From an uncultured archaeon (GTDB lineage Archaea; Altiarchaeota; Altiarchaeia; IMC4; SCGC-AAA252-I15): a stretch of 64,000 bases of DNA. The notes beneath the pieces were generated by a model, which saw only the letters and a program-made list of their open reading frames with translations, was not told where the DNA came from and made no database searches. The DNA is taken from NCBI GenBank assembly GCA_964587725.1, contig CAZPLO010000002.1:55597-119596 (forward strand). Direction: 5' to 3'. Below, one piece after another: positions 47,616 to 56,278 of the stretch (positions are counted from its first letter, which is position 1; each line of letters starts with the position of its first letter). The position numbers and the translations under genes were made by a program.

Positions 47616-48194
47616 GTGAAAGTCACGCTGCTCAGGATTACGGACGACCCGGAGGACTTGATTGCTGCGAGCGCCCGCATATGCTATGCGTCTGAGCCTA
47701 AGGCGGAGGGCGCCAACGAGAAACTGGTTAAGAACCTCCGGAACTGGGGTCACTTGAGCACGTTCGAGCACGCGTCCGCGACCTTCCTCATAGAGGGTGT
47801 TTCGAGGGCGTGCACGCACCAGCTGGTGCGGCACCGCCTCGCATCCTACAGTCAGCAGAGCCAGCGTTACGTCAACGAGGAAGGTTTCGACTACGTTACG
47901 CCCCCGACGATAGAAAAGGACGACGACGCCAGGACAAAATTCGACGACGCGGTGGAGCACGCGCGGAAGGCCTACAAGGATTTGATAGACTCAGGCGTCC
48001 CCAAAGAGGACGCCCGGTTCCTGCTGCCGAACGCGGTGTCGTCCAAGATTGTTGTGACAATGAACTTCCGCGAACTACGGCACTTCATCCAGCTGCGGAG
48101 CGCCAAGGGCGCGCAGTGGGAGATAAGGGAGCTGGCTAGGGAGATTCTCAAGCTGCTTAAGGAGAAGGCTCCCCACGCATTCGACGATTTATGA
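47616..48194 (+). CDS. thyX: Flavin-dependent thymidylate synthase
   Basis: GHLSTFEH, RHRLASYSQQSQRY, EDARFLLP, AQWEIR; start GTG 47616. Confidence 0.96.
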   Translation: MKVTLLRITDDPEDLIAASARICYASEPKAEGANEKLVKNLRNWGHLSTFEHASATFLIEGVSRACTHQLVRHRLASYSQQSQRYVNEEGFDYVTPPTIEKDDDARTKFDDAVEHARKAYKDLIDSGVPKEDARFLLPNAVSSKIVVTMNFRELRHFIQLRSAKGAQWEIRELAREILKLLKEKAPHAFDDL

Positions 48195-49222
48195 AAATGG
48201 ACTTGCTTGAGAGACTATGCAGGGCACCCGGCGTGTCAGGGTTCGAAGACGCCGTAGTGGATGTGATGAAGGCTGAGCTGAAGAAGTCATGCGACGAAGT
48301 TGGTGTGGACAACTTCGGCAACCTGATAGGGCGGAGGGGCAGCGGTCCAAAGAAAATCATGATTGCCGCCCACATGGACGAGGTGGGGTTGATGGTGAAG
48401 CACATCACCAATGAAGGCTTCATCTACTTCGTCAAAGTCGGCGGCATAGACGACCGCGTATTGCTGGGGCAGCGGGTGATAGTGAAGGGGAAGAAGGGGG
48501 ATGTCCCGGGGGTTATAGGGTCTAAGCCTCCTCACCTCCAGAAGCAGGAGGAGCGGAAGAAGGTGATAAAACACGACAGCATGTTCATAGATATTGGCGC
48601 CGCGTCGAAGAAGGAGGCTGAAAAGCAGGTCAGGATAGGCGACCCCGTCGTGTATGAGCCTAACTATGGCGCGTTGAGCAAGGACGTGTACTACGGTAAG
48701 GCTGTGGACAACCGCGTCGGCTGCTACGCCCTGCTGAAGGTGATGGAGAAGCTGCCGAAGAAACTCAACGCCACCGTTTACGCGGTCGGGTCCGCGCAGG
48801 AGGAGGTGGGGTTGAAGGGTGCCAGGGTTGCCGCGTACAAGCTGAACCCCGACTACTCGATTGCGTTGGACACCAACTTGGCGGGCGGGACGCCGGAGAC
48901 CAAGGAGACCGAAACCAATTTGAAGCTGGGCGGGGGTCCGGCCATAACCATCATCGAGGCGTCGGGCCGCGGAGTAATCACCCACCCGAAGGTTCGGGAA
49001 GTCATGATGAAGGCTGCGAAGTCGGCGAAGATACCTGTGCAGATAGACGTGCTGGAGGGTGGGATGACCGACGCAGCGATAATATATCTGACTCGGGAGG
49101 GCATACCGTCCGGCGTAATAAGCATCCCCACCCGCTACATACACAGCAGCACCGGCGTGTTCAGCATGAAGGACGTCGACAACGCGGTGAAGCTGACGCT
49201 GGAAACAATTAAGAGAATGTAA
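48191..49222 (+). CDS. M42 family (TET) aminopeptidase
   Basis: GVSGFE, AAHMDEVG, KAVDNR, QEEVGLKGA, GGMTD, RYIHS. Confidence 0.93.
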   Translation: MKMDLLERLCRAPGVSGFEDAVVDVMKAELKKSCDEVGVDNFGNLIGRRGSGPKKIMIAAHMDEVGLMVKHITNEGFIYFVKVGGIDDRVLLGQRVIVKGKKGDVPGVIGSKPPHLQKQEERKKVIKHDSMFIDIGAASKKEAEKQVRIGDPVVYEPNYGALSKDVYYGKAVDNRVGCYALLKVMEKLPKKLNATVYAVGSAQEEVGLKGARVAAYKLNPDYSIALDTNLAGGTPETKETETNLKLGGGPAITIIEASGRGVITHPKVREVMMKAAKSAKIPVQIDVLEGGMTDAAIIYLTREGIPSGVISIPTRYIHSSTGVFSMKDVDNAVKLTLETIKRM

Positions 49223-49223
49223 C

Positions 49224-49712
49224 ATGGTCGTCTGGAAGACTATCCTGCGTTCGGCCGCTTCGGTCGCGGTCGGCGCCCTCCTGTACCCTGTCTTCAACTG
49301 GGTTCCCATACTGGGGGCTCTGGCTGTCGGGTTGTCGGTCGGCTACGCCGTGGGCGGCGGGTTCAGACGCGGGTTCAACCACGCCATAGTGTCGTCGCTT
49401 CTTGGTGCACTGGCGCTCGCATACGTGATACTGTATTCGAACGTGCTTGCGGGCTTGGGCAACGCGCTGACGCTGTTCATCGTATGGGTGCTGGTGGTGT
49501 GGAACACCGTCTCCATAGCCTTTGCCGGGGTGGGTGGAGGATTCGGGGCGGTGGGGAAAGAAATCCACTCCCTGATTCCGTGGGAGATACGTGAGTTCAT
49601 GTTCCCCCGGCGGGAGCGGTCGGGCACGGACTACATAATATGTCCCATATGTGGGCAGGGCAACGTGCAGTCAGCCACCACCTGTGTGTCATGTGGCCAC
49701 CAGCTAAGATGA
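49224..49712 (+). CDS. Membrane protein with C-terminal zinc ribbon
   Basis: Four TMs; CPICG...CVSCG. Confidence 0.7.
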   Translation: MVVWKTILRSAASVAVGALLYPVFNWVPILGALAVGLSVGYAVGGGFRRGFNHAIVSSLLGALALAYVILYSNVLAGLGNALTLFIVWVLVVWNTVSIAFAGVGGGFGAVGKEIHSLIPWEIREFMFPRRERSGTDYIICPICGQGNVQSATTCVSCGHQLR

Positions 49713-50272
49713 AGTCGCTGAAACAGGTTCTTTCGGAGAATAAACGGCTGTTCGTGGCGGCGGCGGCCGCATTCCTCGTCGGGGTTCCGGCGGGAATGCT
49801 AGCCTATCCTCTGGTGGAGGACCAGCTTCCAGCCCTGCTGGAGGAGGCGTTCGGGGACGTCATGGACGGCTCCACCCTCGACGTTGTCGTTAAGGTGTTT
49901 CTGAGGAACACGTCCGCGTCCCTTATCATGTTGTTCCTGGGCATGACTGTCTTGTTGGCGGTGGCTTCACTGTTCCTGAACGGCTTCGTCGTGGGGTTGG
50001 TGTTCATGCTGTCGCTGTCCAAGGGCCTGGGGTTGTCCACCATCTTTCTGGGGGTGGCCCCCCACGGCATCTTTGAACTGCCCGCGATATTCCTGTCCGT
50101 GGCTGCAGGCATCCGCGTGGGATTGGCGGTATTCCAATCCAAGGGCAGGCGGGTGGCGGCGGCGTCGCAGGCTATACGGGAGGCCGCCGCAGTCTACCTC
50201 ACCGTGGTCCTGCCTCTTCTGGCGGTGGCGGCCGCGGTCGAAGTCCTGGTTTCCCTGGCGTTGGTCAAGTAG
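49709..50272 (+). CDS. SpoIIM-family membrane protein
   Basis: FLRN, NGFVVG, PHGIFELPA, AAAVE motifs; start ATG 49709. Confidence 0.88.
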   Translation: MKSLKQVLSENKRLFVAAAAAFLVGVPAGMLAYPLVEDQLPALLEEAFGDVMDGSTLDVVVKVFLRNTSASLIMLFLGMTVLLAVASLFLNGFVVGLVFMLSLSKGLGLSTIFLGVAPHGIFELPAIFLSVAAGIRVGLAVFQSKGRRVAAASQAIREAAAVYLTVVLPLLAVAAAVEVLVSLALVK

Positions 50273-50669
50273 CCTTCAATGTAGAGAGCTTGCAGTTAAT
50301 GACCCCCCGTATGGCGCTCAAGCCCCCGTAGAGTTTCTGGATTTCAGTGGATGAGCCCTCAACAATCAACACCTCTATGCACAGGCTGTGTGTGATGTGG
50401 CTGTGCATGGTCGAACGGATGTTGTGTTCGAAGCCGTGCTGCAGGTCCACCAGTCTGCCGTTGACGTCCGGCACGTGGTGGTCGTACAGGTAGGATATGG
50501 TTCCCATCAATTCGCAGTCTTCAACTTTTTTCTGTGTTATGAACTCGGTCACCGCGTCCCCCAATGCTTTGCTCCTGTTCCGGTACCCCAGTTCCGCTAT
50601 GACGGCGTCAAAGCGGTCCAACAGACTTTTGGGCAGTGAAACCCCGAATCGTGTCACCCGCTCCACCAT
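50265..50669 (-). CDS. nikR: Nickel-responsive regulator NikR
   Basis: RHH domain RFGVSL...GYRNRSKA; YDHH, QH, H-x-H and C Ni ligands. Confidence 0.92.
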   Translation of the reverse strand: MVERVTRFGVSLPKSLLDRFDAVIAELGYRNRSKALGDAVTEFITQKKVEDCELMGTISYLYDHHVPDVNGRLVDLQHGFEHNIRSTMHSHITHSLCIEVLIVEGSSTEIQKLYGGLSAIRGVINCKLSTLKAT

Positions 50670-50670
50670 G

Positions 50671-50704
50671 TTGTGTCACCACACTTATATAACATGTGAC
50701 ACAA
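50671..50704. promoter_or_regulatory. Probable NikR operator enclosing a TATA box (TTGTGTCAC-N16-GTGACACAA)
   Basis: Perfect 9-bp inverted repeat with 16-bp spacer containing TTATATAA (50685-50692), between divergent nikR and 50724. Confidence 0.75.
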
Positions 50705-50723
50705 TACTAAAAAAGGTGTTACT

Positions 50724-51008
50724 ATGTGGCTGATTACATCCTCTGCGGCGGCGGTCATCGTAACCGCCATATGGGCTTATGCTCCGAAGAAATACAGGCT
50801 AAGCAACCTGGCGTTGATGCTGTGGGGCCTCACCCTCCTCGTGTTCGTGGACCACGTTCTGGGCTACGAGGGCGGGCCGTTCATCGAAATGGAAACCGAC
50901 GGACTCATCGAGAACGGGACGGTGTTGGGGGTTGCCATGCTTATCCCGGTCTTTATAATCTGGGAAATCCAGTTAGTAATCTCAAAAATCAAAAACGAGG
51001 TAAGTTAA
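50724..51008 (+). CDS. Small 3-TM membrane protein A (NikR-divergent)
   Basis: 94 aa hydrophobic; paralog of the next gene. Confidence 0.8.
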   Translation: MWLITSSAAAVIVTAIWAYAPKKYRLSNLALMLWGLTLLVFVDHVLGYEGGPFIEMETDGLIENGTVLGVAMLIPVFIIWEIQLVISKIKNEVS

Positions 51009-51009
51009 G

Positions 51010-51339
51010 ATGGCGTGTTTTACAGCACCCGCCGCCGCGGCGGCGGTGACGACAGTGTTCAGGAATAAGATACCGGCTAAGTACCACATCGAATGGTTCA
51101 ACGCCCTCGTATGGGGCGGCAGCGCAGGCCTGCTTCTAGAACATTTGGCCAGCGGCGAAATAGTCCCCTACCCGCCGTTCCTCACCGCGATGGCGTCTCC
51201 CGCCGAAACAGCGGTGATGGTGGCTGAGATAATTTCCATAGGGGTGCCGATGCTTCTCGCATGCGCCACCGTGTGGGCTGTCATGGTCGTAGCCGTTAAC
51301 AGGATAGGGCAGTCGGCGAAGACCGTGCAGACCGCGTGA
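51010..51339 (+). CDS. Small 3-TM membrane protein B (N-terminal MACF)
   Basis: 109 aa; GAGGT RBS; WGG...LEH...GE..P.PPFLTAM. Confidence 0.8.
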   Translation: MACFTAPAAAAAVTTVFRNKIPAKYHIEWFNALVWGGSAGLLLEHLASGEIVPYPPFLTAMASPAETAVMVAEIISIGVPMLLACATVWAVMVVAVNRIGQSAKTVQTA

Positions 51340-51397
51340 AAAGACTCTCCGAAGCCCGTATGCCTTATTAACCCTGGGTTTCTATTGGGTAAGGCAA

Positions 51398-52276
51398 ATG
51401 GATTCAGAGGCGGAAGACTCGGGGAGCGTGTCCCTGGAGGAGTTCATAACCTCCAACTGGCAGATACTCACCATATTCGGGGTGTTCGCAGGCATAACAA
51501 ACTACATGAGCGGCCTGGGGAGTACCTGGCTGGTGACATCAGGGGTTCTACTCACGTTCATCGTGGGGTTGGAGATACTGCAGCTGCTCCTGAGGATAAA
51601 AAACCGCAGCATCACGTTGAACGCGTTCACAGTGTTGTCGGTGTTGTTTATCGTGTTGTTCGCGGGCTTCATATACTCGCAGCATTTATCCGACATGCTG
51701 GAGGGCTTCGGACTCGCCGTCTACCCCTGGGTGAACCAACACCATGTGCTGCTGCTGCGCACCATATTCTTCGCATCCATTATGGTGGTGCTGCTGGGCC
51801 TCTACCGCCACCTCCGCTCAGCGGTCACCGCGGCGTTGAAGATGCTGGGCAGGGACAAGGTTATTATGGCGGGGTTCCTGTCCACGGTTGTGCTCGCAGC
51901 TGCAGGAGTCGTAGTCCTCGCATTCCTCAGCCTCGCACCCGAAGGCACGGTGCCGGCTGAGACTACCACGACCACGTTGGAGGCTCCGACGACAACCACG
52001 TCTTCAACCACGACCTCAACCACCGTCACGACGACCTCATCAACCCTCCCTCCTACAGCCTGCACCACAAACAGCGACTGCGGCAATCAGACGTCAGAGA
52101 GAATATGCTACCGCGGCGACGTCTACGTCCAGGTGACTACGCCCCTCTGCCAGCGCCCGGGCACACCCGAAGCAAGGTGCGTGTACCGCACCCGCCTGGA
52201 AGGAGAAACCATAGCCCAGGAAGCCACGCCCGAGGAACGCTGCTCCCATGGATGTGAGAACGGGGAATGCATCTGA
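51398..52276 (+). CDS. Multi-TM membrane protein with Thr-rich linker and Cys-rich extracellular domain
   Basis: About five TMs, TTTT linker, six-Cys C-terminal module. Confidence 0.7.
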   Translation: MDSEAEDSGSVSLEEFITSNWQILTIFGVFAGITNYMSGLGSTWLVTSGVLLTFIVGLEILQLLLRIKNRSITLNAFTVLSVLFIVLFAGFIYSQHLSDMLEGFGLAVYPWVNQHHVLLLRTIFFASIMVVLLGLYRHLRSAVTAALKMLGRDKVIMAGFLSTVVLAAAGVVVLAFLSLAPEGTVPAETTTTTLEAPTTTTSSTTTSTTVTTTSSTLPPTACTTNSDCGNQTSERICYRGDVYVQVTTPLCQRPGTPEARCVYRTRLEGETIAQEATPEERCSHGCENGECI

Positions 52277-52685
52277 TATCCGGCATTTTTATGTTGTCGT
52301 CCCTCTTTTACAGTGGGGTCTACTCCGGGTGTTTTGGAGTTGGTTACGGCGCCGTTCCTGTTCGCAATAGTATTCCCGCTGGTGGCGGGCGCGTTGCTGG
52401 TGGTTGGTGAAAAAGGCTCGTTCGAACCATTGGGTTTCATTTTTGCAGCCACCAGTATATCTCTACATGTGGGAAATACACCTCGAGAACCTAGTGCAAA
52501 ACCCATTTCAGAGTACCTTTAGCGGAAACCGGTTCAGGGGGGTCTCCATAAGCTCCGTGGCCGATGCTTTGGTGGGGGAAGATGCACTTTTTAGACGTCT
52601 TTTTCAGGCTTCCTGTTTTTGCATTTTTAAGTGTTGGATACGTGTAGTAAACAGATTTTTGCCTTATTCGGCATAACCGTCGGAG

Positions 52686-53111
52686 ATGGAATATAACAAC
52701 AAAGTCGGCAGGCCCAAGTGCCTGCGCAAAGTCCAGGAAACCCCGGAATTCAACTACTTCAAACCCAGGGGCATCCCGGTGACCGAACTGGATTCGATAA
52801 GACTTAAGGTAGAGGAACTGGAGGCCATGAAGATGGTGTGCTATGACGGGTTAAGCCGTGTGGAGGCTGCTGAACAGATGGGCATATCCCCCAGGACGCT
52901 GGGGAGAGAACTGAACTCGGGTCTGGTGAAAGTGGTTGACGCCCTTTTGAACGGAAAGGCTATCGAAATAAGTGGCGGATACTATGTGTCAGAGGGGGAA
53001 ATCGTTTTCCGATGCCTGAACGAAGGACACCAGTGGAAGGCCGACAAACTCATGGGCAAACCACTGGAATGCCCTGAATGCGGAAGCCAAAGTATCACGA
53101 AAGTGGGATGA
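52686..53111 (+). CDS. DUF134 (UPF0251) DNA-binding protein with C-terminal zinc ribbon
   Basis: GRPK..R, YFKPRG, EELEA, AAEQMGIS..T..R, AIEISGG, C..EGH.W...CPECGS. Confidence 0.9.
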   Translation: MEYNNKVGRPKCLRKVQETPEFNYFKPRGIPVTELDSIRLKVEELEAMKMVCYDGLSRVEAAEQMGISPRTLGRELNSGLVKVVDALLNGKAIEISGGYYVSEGEIVFRCLNEGHQWKADKLMGKPLECPECGSQSITKVG

Positions 53112-53152
53112 TACTAAACCATTAATCGATAAAACAAAGGAGGTGAATAAAA

Positions 53153-53323
53153 ATGGAAGTACTGACCTTATGTGATGGGCCTGGACCAAACCCCAATTGT
53201 CCGCAGTTGGTTGTGAACGACGACGGCAGCGCCATAATAGGTGAAGACAAGGAAGGCATTGGACTATGCAGGCTGGATAGAGACCAGTTCGAGAAATTGA
53301 AGGAGGCCATAAACGCTTTCTGA
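53153..53323 (+). CDS. Small Cys-containing hypothetical protein (56 aa, absent from ORF track)
   Basis: Strong AGGAGGTGA RBS; MEVLTLCDGPGPNPNCPQLVVNDDGSAIIGEDKEGIGLCRLDRDQFEKLKEAINAF. Confidence 0.7.
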   Translation: MEVLTLCDGPGPNPNCPQLVVNDDGSAIIGEDKEGIGLCRLDRDQFEKLKEAINAF

Positions 53324-53343
53324 AAACAAAGAGAGTGGATGTG

Positions 53344-53475
53344 ATGCCTATATCGTATGGGACGGAGCCTATGGCAGGCGAAGGATTAGGTTACTGCACC
53401 GGTTACGCAACCGGGGGTGAACCGCCTGCAAGGCCGTCCGGGTTGGGGTGGGTATTTTCCAAGAGAGGATTATAA
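53344..53475 (+). pseudogene. Degenerate DUF5320-like Gly-rich small ORF
   Basis: MPISYGTEPMAGEGLGYCTGY resembles the MPxxDGTGP..GRGxGYCxGY pattern. Confidence 0.45.
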
Positions 53476-53636
53476 AACGGAGGATTGACGATGTTCAGAG
53501 GAGATGAAGAAGACTAATCTGGGTCTTTGATCAGGGGTTAGAGGCCGCTGACAAGATTTATTATCCAGCGGCCTCGGCAACATATTTGCCGTAGTTTAAC
53601 TAAACGTTATCAAACGATAGACGGGAGGAGCGAAAA

Positions 53637-53723
53637 ATGCCAGACGGAGACGGTACCTGGCCACGCGCCAGGAGCCCCAGACCCTCCGGGAAAAAAGGGG
53701 GTCGAGGTGAAGGAAACTGCTGA
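53637..53723 (+). CDS. DUF5320-like micro-ORF (28 aa)
   Basis: GGAGG RBS; MPDGDGTWPRARSPRPSGKKGGRGEGNC. Confidence 0.5.
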   Translation: MPDGDGTWPRARSPRPSGKKGGRGEGNC

Positions 53724-53759
53724 AAAAAACTAGGGCATACATGAGGAGGCGTATGTAGG

Positions 53760-54503
53760 TTGAGTACACTAGCATGGGTTATGGGAGGCACGCTCGCCAT
53801 GAGTTTTCTGGCGTTCACCGGAGTGGCCGCCCTGTCGTTGAGGGAGAGGACGCTGAAGAAAATACTTTTGCCTCTGGTTGCGTTTTCAGCCGGTGCGCTG
53901 CTGGGCGGAGCGTTCCTGCACCTGATACCCGAAACAACCGCCAAAAGAGGGTCGGATGTGTCAATGTTCATCTGGGTTCTGGTCGGATTCTCCATATTCT
54001 TCCTGATGGAGCAGTTCCTCCACTGGCACCACTGCCATAAGGTGCCGTCGGAGCATAGAAGGCCTGTAACCTACCTGATTCTACTGGCTGACGGACTGCA
54101 CAACTTCATCGGGGGATTGGCTATAGGGGGCAGCTTCATGGTCAGCGTTAAACTAGGGTTGGTGACCTGGATTGCGTGCGCCGCCCACGAAATCCCCCAG
54201 GAAATGGGAGACTTCGGAGTACTGGTCCATGGCGGCTGGGAGAAGAAGAAGGCGTTGTGGTTTAACTTCCTGTCAGCCCTCACAATAGTCCCCGGGGGAC
54301 TGCTGGTATACCTTGTGTCACCCACCATCGACACCACCTTCCTGCTGCCGTTCGCCGCGGGAAACTTCATCTACATAGCATCCAGCGACCTGATACCTGA
54401 GGTGAAGCACGGGGAACTGAGGAAAGGCCTGCTTCACTTCACCGCCTTCGTATCTGGCATACTGCTGTTACTGGCAGTGAAACTGGTTTTCGGAGGCGGA
54501 TAA
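53760..54503 (+). CDS. ZIP family metal transporter
   Basis: FLHLIPE, HWHHCH loop, DGLHNF, AHEIPQEMGDF, ASSDLIPE. Confidence 0.93.
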   Translation: MSTLAWVMGGTLAMSFLAFTGVAALSLRERTLKKILLPLVAFSAGALLGGAFLHLIPETTAKRGSDVSMFIWVLVGFSIFFLMEQFLHWHHCHKVPSEHRRPVTYLILLADGLHNFIGGLAIGGSFMVSVKLGLVTWIACAAHEIPQEMGDFGVLVHGGWEKKKALWFNFLSALTIVPGGLLVYLVSPTIDTTFLLPFAAGNFIYIASSDLIPEVKHGELRKGLLHFTAFVSGILLLLAVKLVFGGG

Positions 54504-55222
54504 TGGGTGTGCTAACAATCATTTCATTGATTTTCGCCGGACAGACGGTGGGGGCGCTCACCGGGTTAATCTGGAAGCCGGGGGAGAAGTTTCTCCGTCT
54601 CTCCCTTTCTTTCGCCGCAAGTATGATGGTGGGAATCTCGCTACTGCAGTTGGTGCCCGAAGCTCTAGGTCTTGTTTCAGCCGAGGTCGCGGTCGCGGCT
54701 TTTTTCTCTGGCGTGCTCATCATGTCGGCCATCAACTGGGTTATCCCGCACATGCATCCGGGGTTCGGCAGAATGGATTCGCTACAGAAAACCGCTTTAA
54801 TGCTCACAGTGGGAATAGCATTGCATAACCTGCCTGAAGGCCTGGCGATAGGTTCGGGTTTCGCCGTCACGGGTTCGCTGGGGCTTGTGGTCGCGTTGGG
54901 GATAGCGGTTCAGGACGTCCCCGAGAACATAGCAACCATAATCCCATTGTATGCTGTGACCAAAAGCAGGGTTAAATCCTTTGCCATAACGTCTCTGACC
55001 ATAATGTTCGAGTTAGCGGGCTTCATCGTCGCCTATTTCATACTAAAAGACGTCTCCCCGGGGATGCTGGGGGGTTCGTTGGCTATGGCGGCTGGGTTCA
55101 TGACGCACATATCATTCCACGAGCTGATACCAGAAGCACGGATAAGAGAATGCCCTGCGGCTTCCGCAGCAAGCATCTTATTGGGGCTGGCGTGTGTGAT
55201 GTTAACGGGTTTGTTGCACTAG
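54503..55222 (+). CDS. ZIP family metal transporter (ZupT-like)
   Basis: LHNLPEGLAIG, QDVPE, AAGFM..IS..ELIP. Confidence 0.9.
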   Translation: MGVLTIISLIFAGQTVGALTGLIWKPGEKFLRLSLSFAASMMVGISLLQLVPEALGLVSAEVAVAAFFSGVLIMSAINWVIPHMHPGFGRMDSLQKTALMLTVGIALHNLPEGLAIGSGFAVTGSLGLVVALGIAVQDVPENIATIIPLYAVTKSRVKSFAITSLTIMFELAGFIVAYFILKDVSPGMLGGSLAMAAGFMTHISFHELIPEARIRECPAASAASILLGLACVMLTGLLH

Positions 55223-55267
55223 TATTTAAAATGATTGGACTGGAAGCAGGTCATGTGGTGGTGGGTT

Positions 55268-55630
55268 GTGGCTGACTTGAAGATAGAGGTTTTCACGGGG
55301 CCCAGGTGCCCTCACTGCCCCCACGCAGTTAAGGCTACGAAAAAACTGCTTAAAGACAACCCGCGTCTGCGGGAGAGGGTGAAGTGGGTGGAGGTCAGCA
55401 CGGGAACGAAGAAGGGGAGCAGGAGAGCTCAGAGATACGGCATAAGGAGTGTGCCCACGATAATCCTCACCAACAAGGAGGGGGATAAGGGGGGGATACG
55501 TGGAACTCCATCTCAGCGAAAGTATCTGGAGTACGTATACGAGATGCTGGGGGAGGAAATGCCGGCGGAAAAATCCCGCATAGAAAACGGAGGTTTAATC
55601 GAACGATTGTTTAAAAAATGGGGGAGTTGA
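55268..55630 (+). CDS. Thioredoxin/glutaredoxin-like protein (CPHC)
   Basis: IEVFTGPRCPHC, YGIRSVPT; start moved to GTG 55268. Confidence 0.85.
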   Translation: MADLKIEVFTGPRCPHCPHAVKATKKLLKDNPRLRERVKWVEVSTGTKKGSRRAQRYGIRSVPTIILTNKEGDKGGIRGTPSQRKYLEYVYEMLGEEMPAEKSRIENGGLIERLFKKWGS

Positions 55631-55935
55631 TTAGAGAATTCCTGGATAAGGGGAATGTTTTCGCGGTGGTGGGAGCATCCAGGAATCCGGATAAATACGG
55701 TTATCAGGTATGCCGGGAACTAAAGGGGGCGGGCTACGGCGTATACCCTGTTAACCCAAGCAGCCGCGAGATACTGGGGGATGAATGCTATCCGTCTCTA
55801 ACCAGTCTGCCGGTTAAACCGGATGTTGTTGACTTCGTGGTGCCGCCGGCGGTCACGGAGAAAGTGGTCAGAGAGTGTGTGAGTCTGGGCGTGGATAAGG
55901 TGTGGATGCAGCCTGGTTCGGAGTCTGTGGCATAG
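55618..55935 (+). pseudogene. CoA-binding (YccU-like) protein, C-terminally truncated
   Basis: AVVGASRNPDKYG, YPVNP, VWMQPG then a stop after 5 residues. Confidence 0.7.
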
Positions 55936-56045
55936 CCTTTAACGCAGACGAAATCCTGGAAGACAAGGAAACCCTGGATTCAACAGCAAAACTCGGCGAA
56001 CGAATACTAGGGCTAATGAAACAAAAAAGACAGCCGCCGGCTTAG
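55929..56045 (+). pseudogene. C-terminal remnant of a flavodoxin/iron-sulfur flavoprotein-like gene
   Basis: Startless frame GIAFNADEILEDKETLDSTAKLGERILGLMKQKRQPPA*. Confidence 0.45.
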
Positions 56046-56278
56046 AAAGCAGCAGATTCACGCACGGAACCCCTCACCCTGACTGCATGTTCAAGCATCT
56101 TAAGCCCCCCTCAGTATATCCTGAAGCCCCAAATCCAATTGCCAGTGGCACATGATGTTCTTATCAATGCTTGGGTCAAACACCAAAATCCTTGTATTCT
56201 TACCGACTTTGATAGCACAGTGTATTAGCTAATAACGGTGTTATCCTGTTGGTGTTTTTCTGCTTGCTGGTTGGTTTT

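Noticed and set aside
52277-52685. tRNA/att site or real ORFs at the island's left edge
   Set aside because: No cloverleaf or T-loop consensus and no direct repeat found; short ORFs lack RBS and motifs.
56046-56278. Possible gene remnant between the convergent island blocks
   Set aside because: Minus-strand translations tried gave no recognisable protein.
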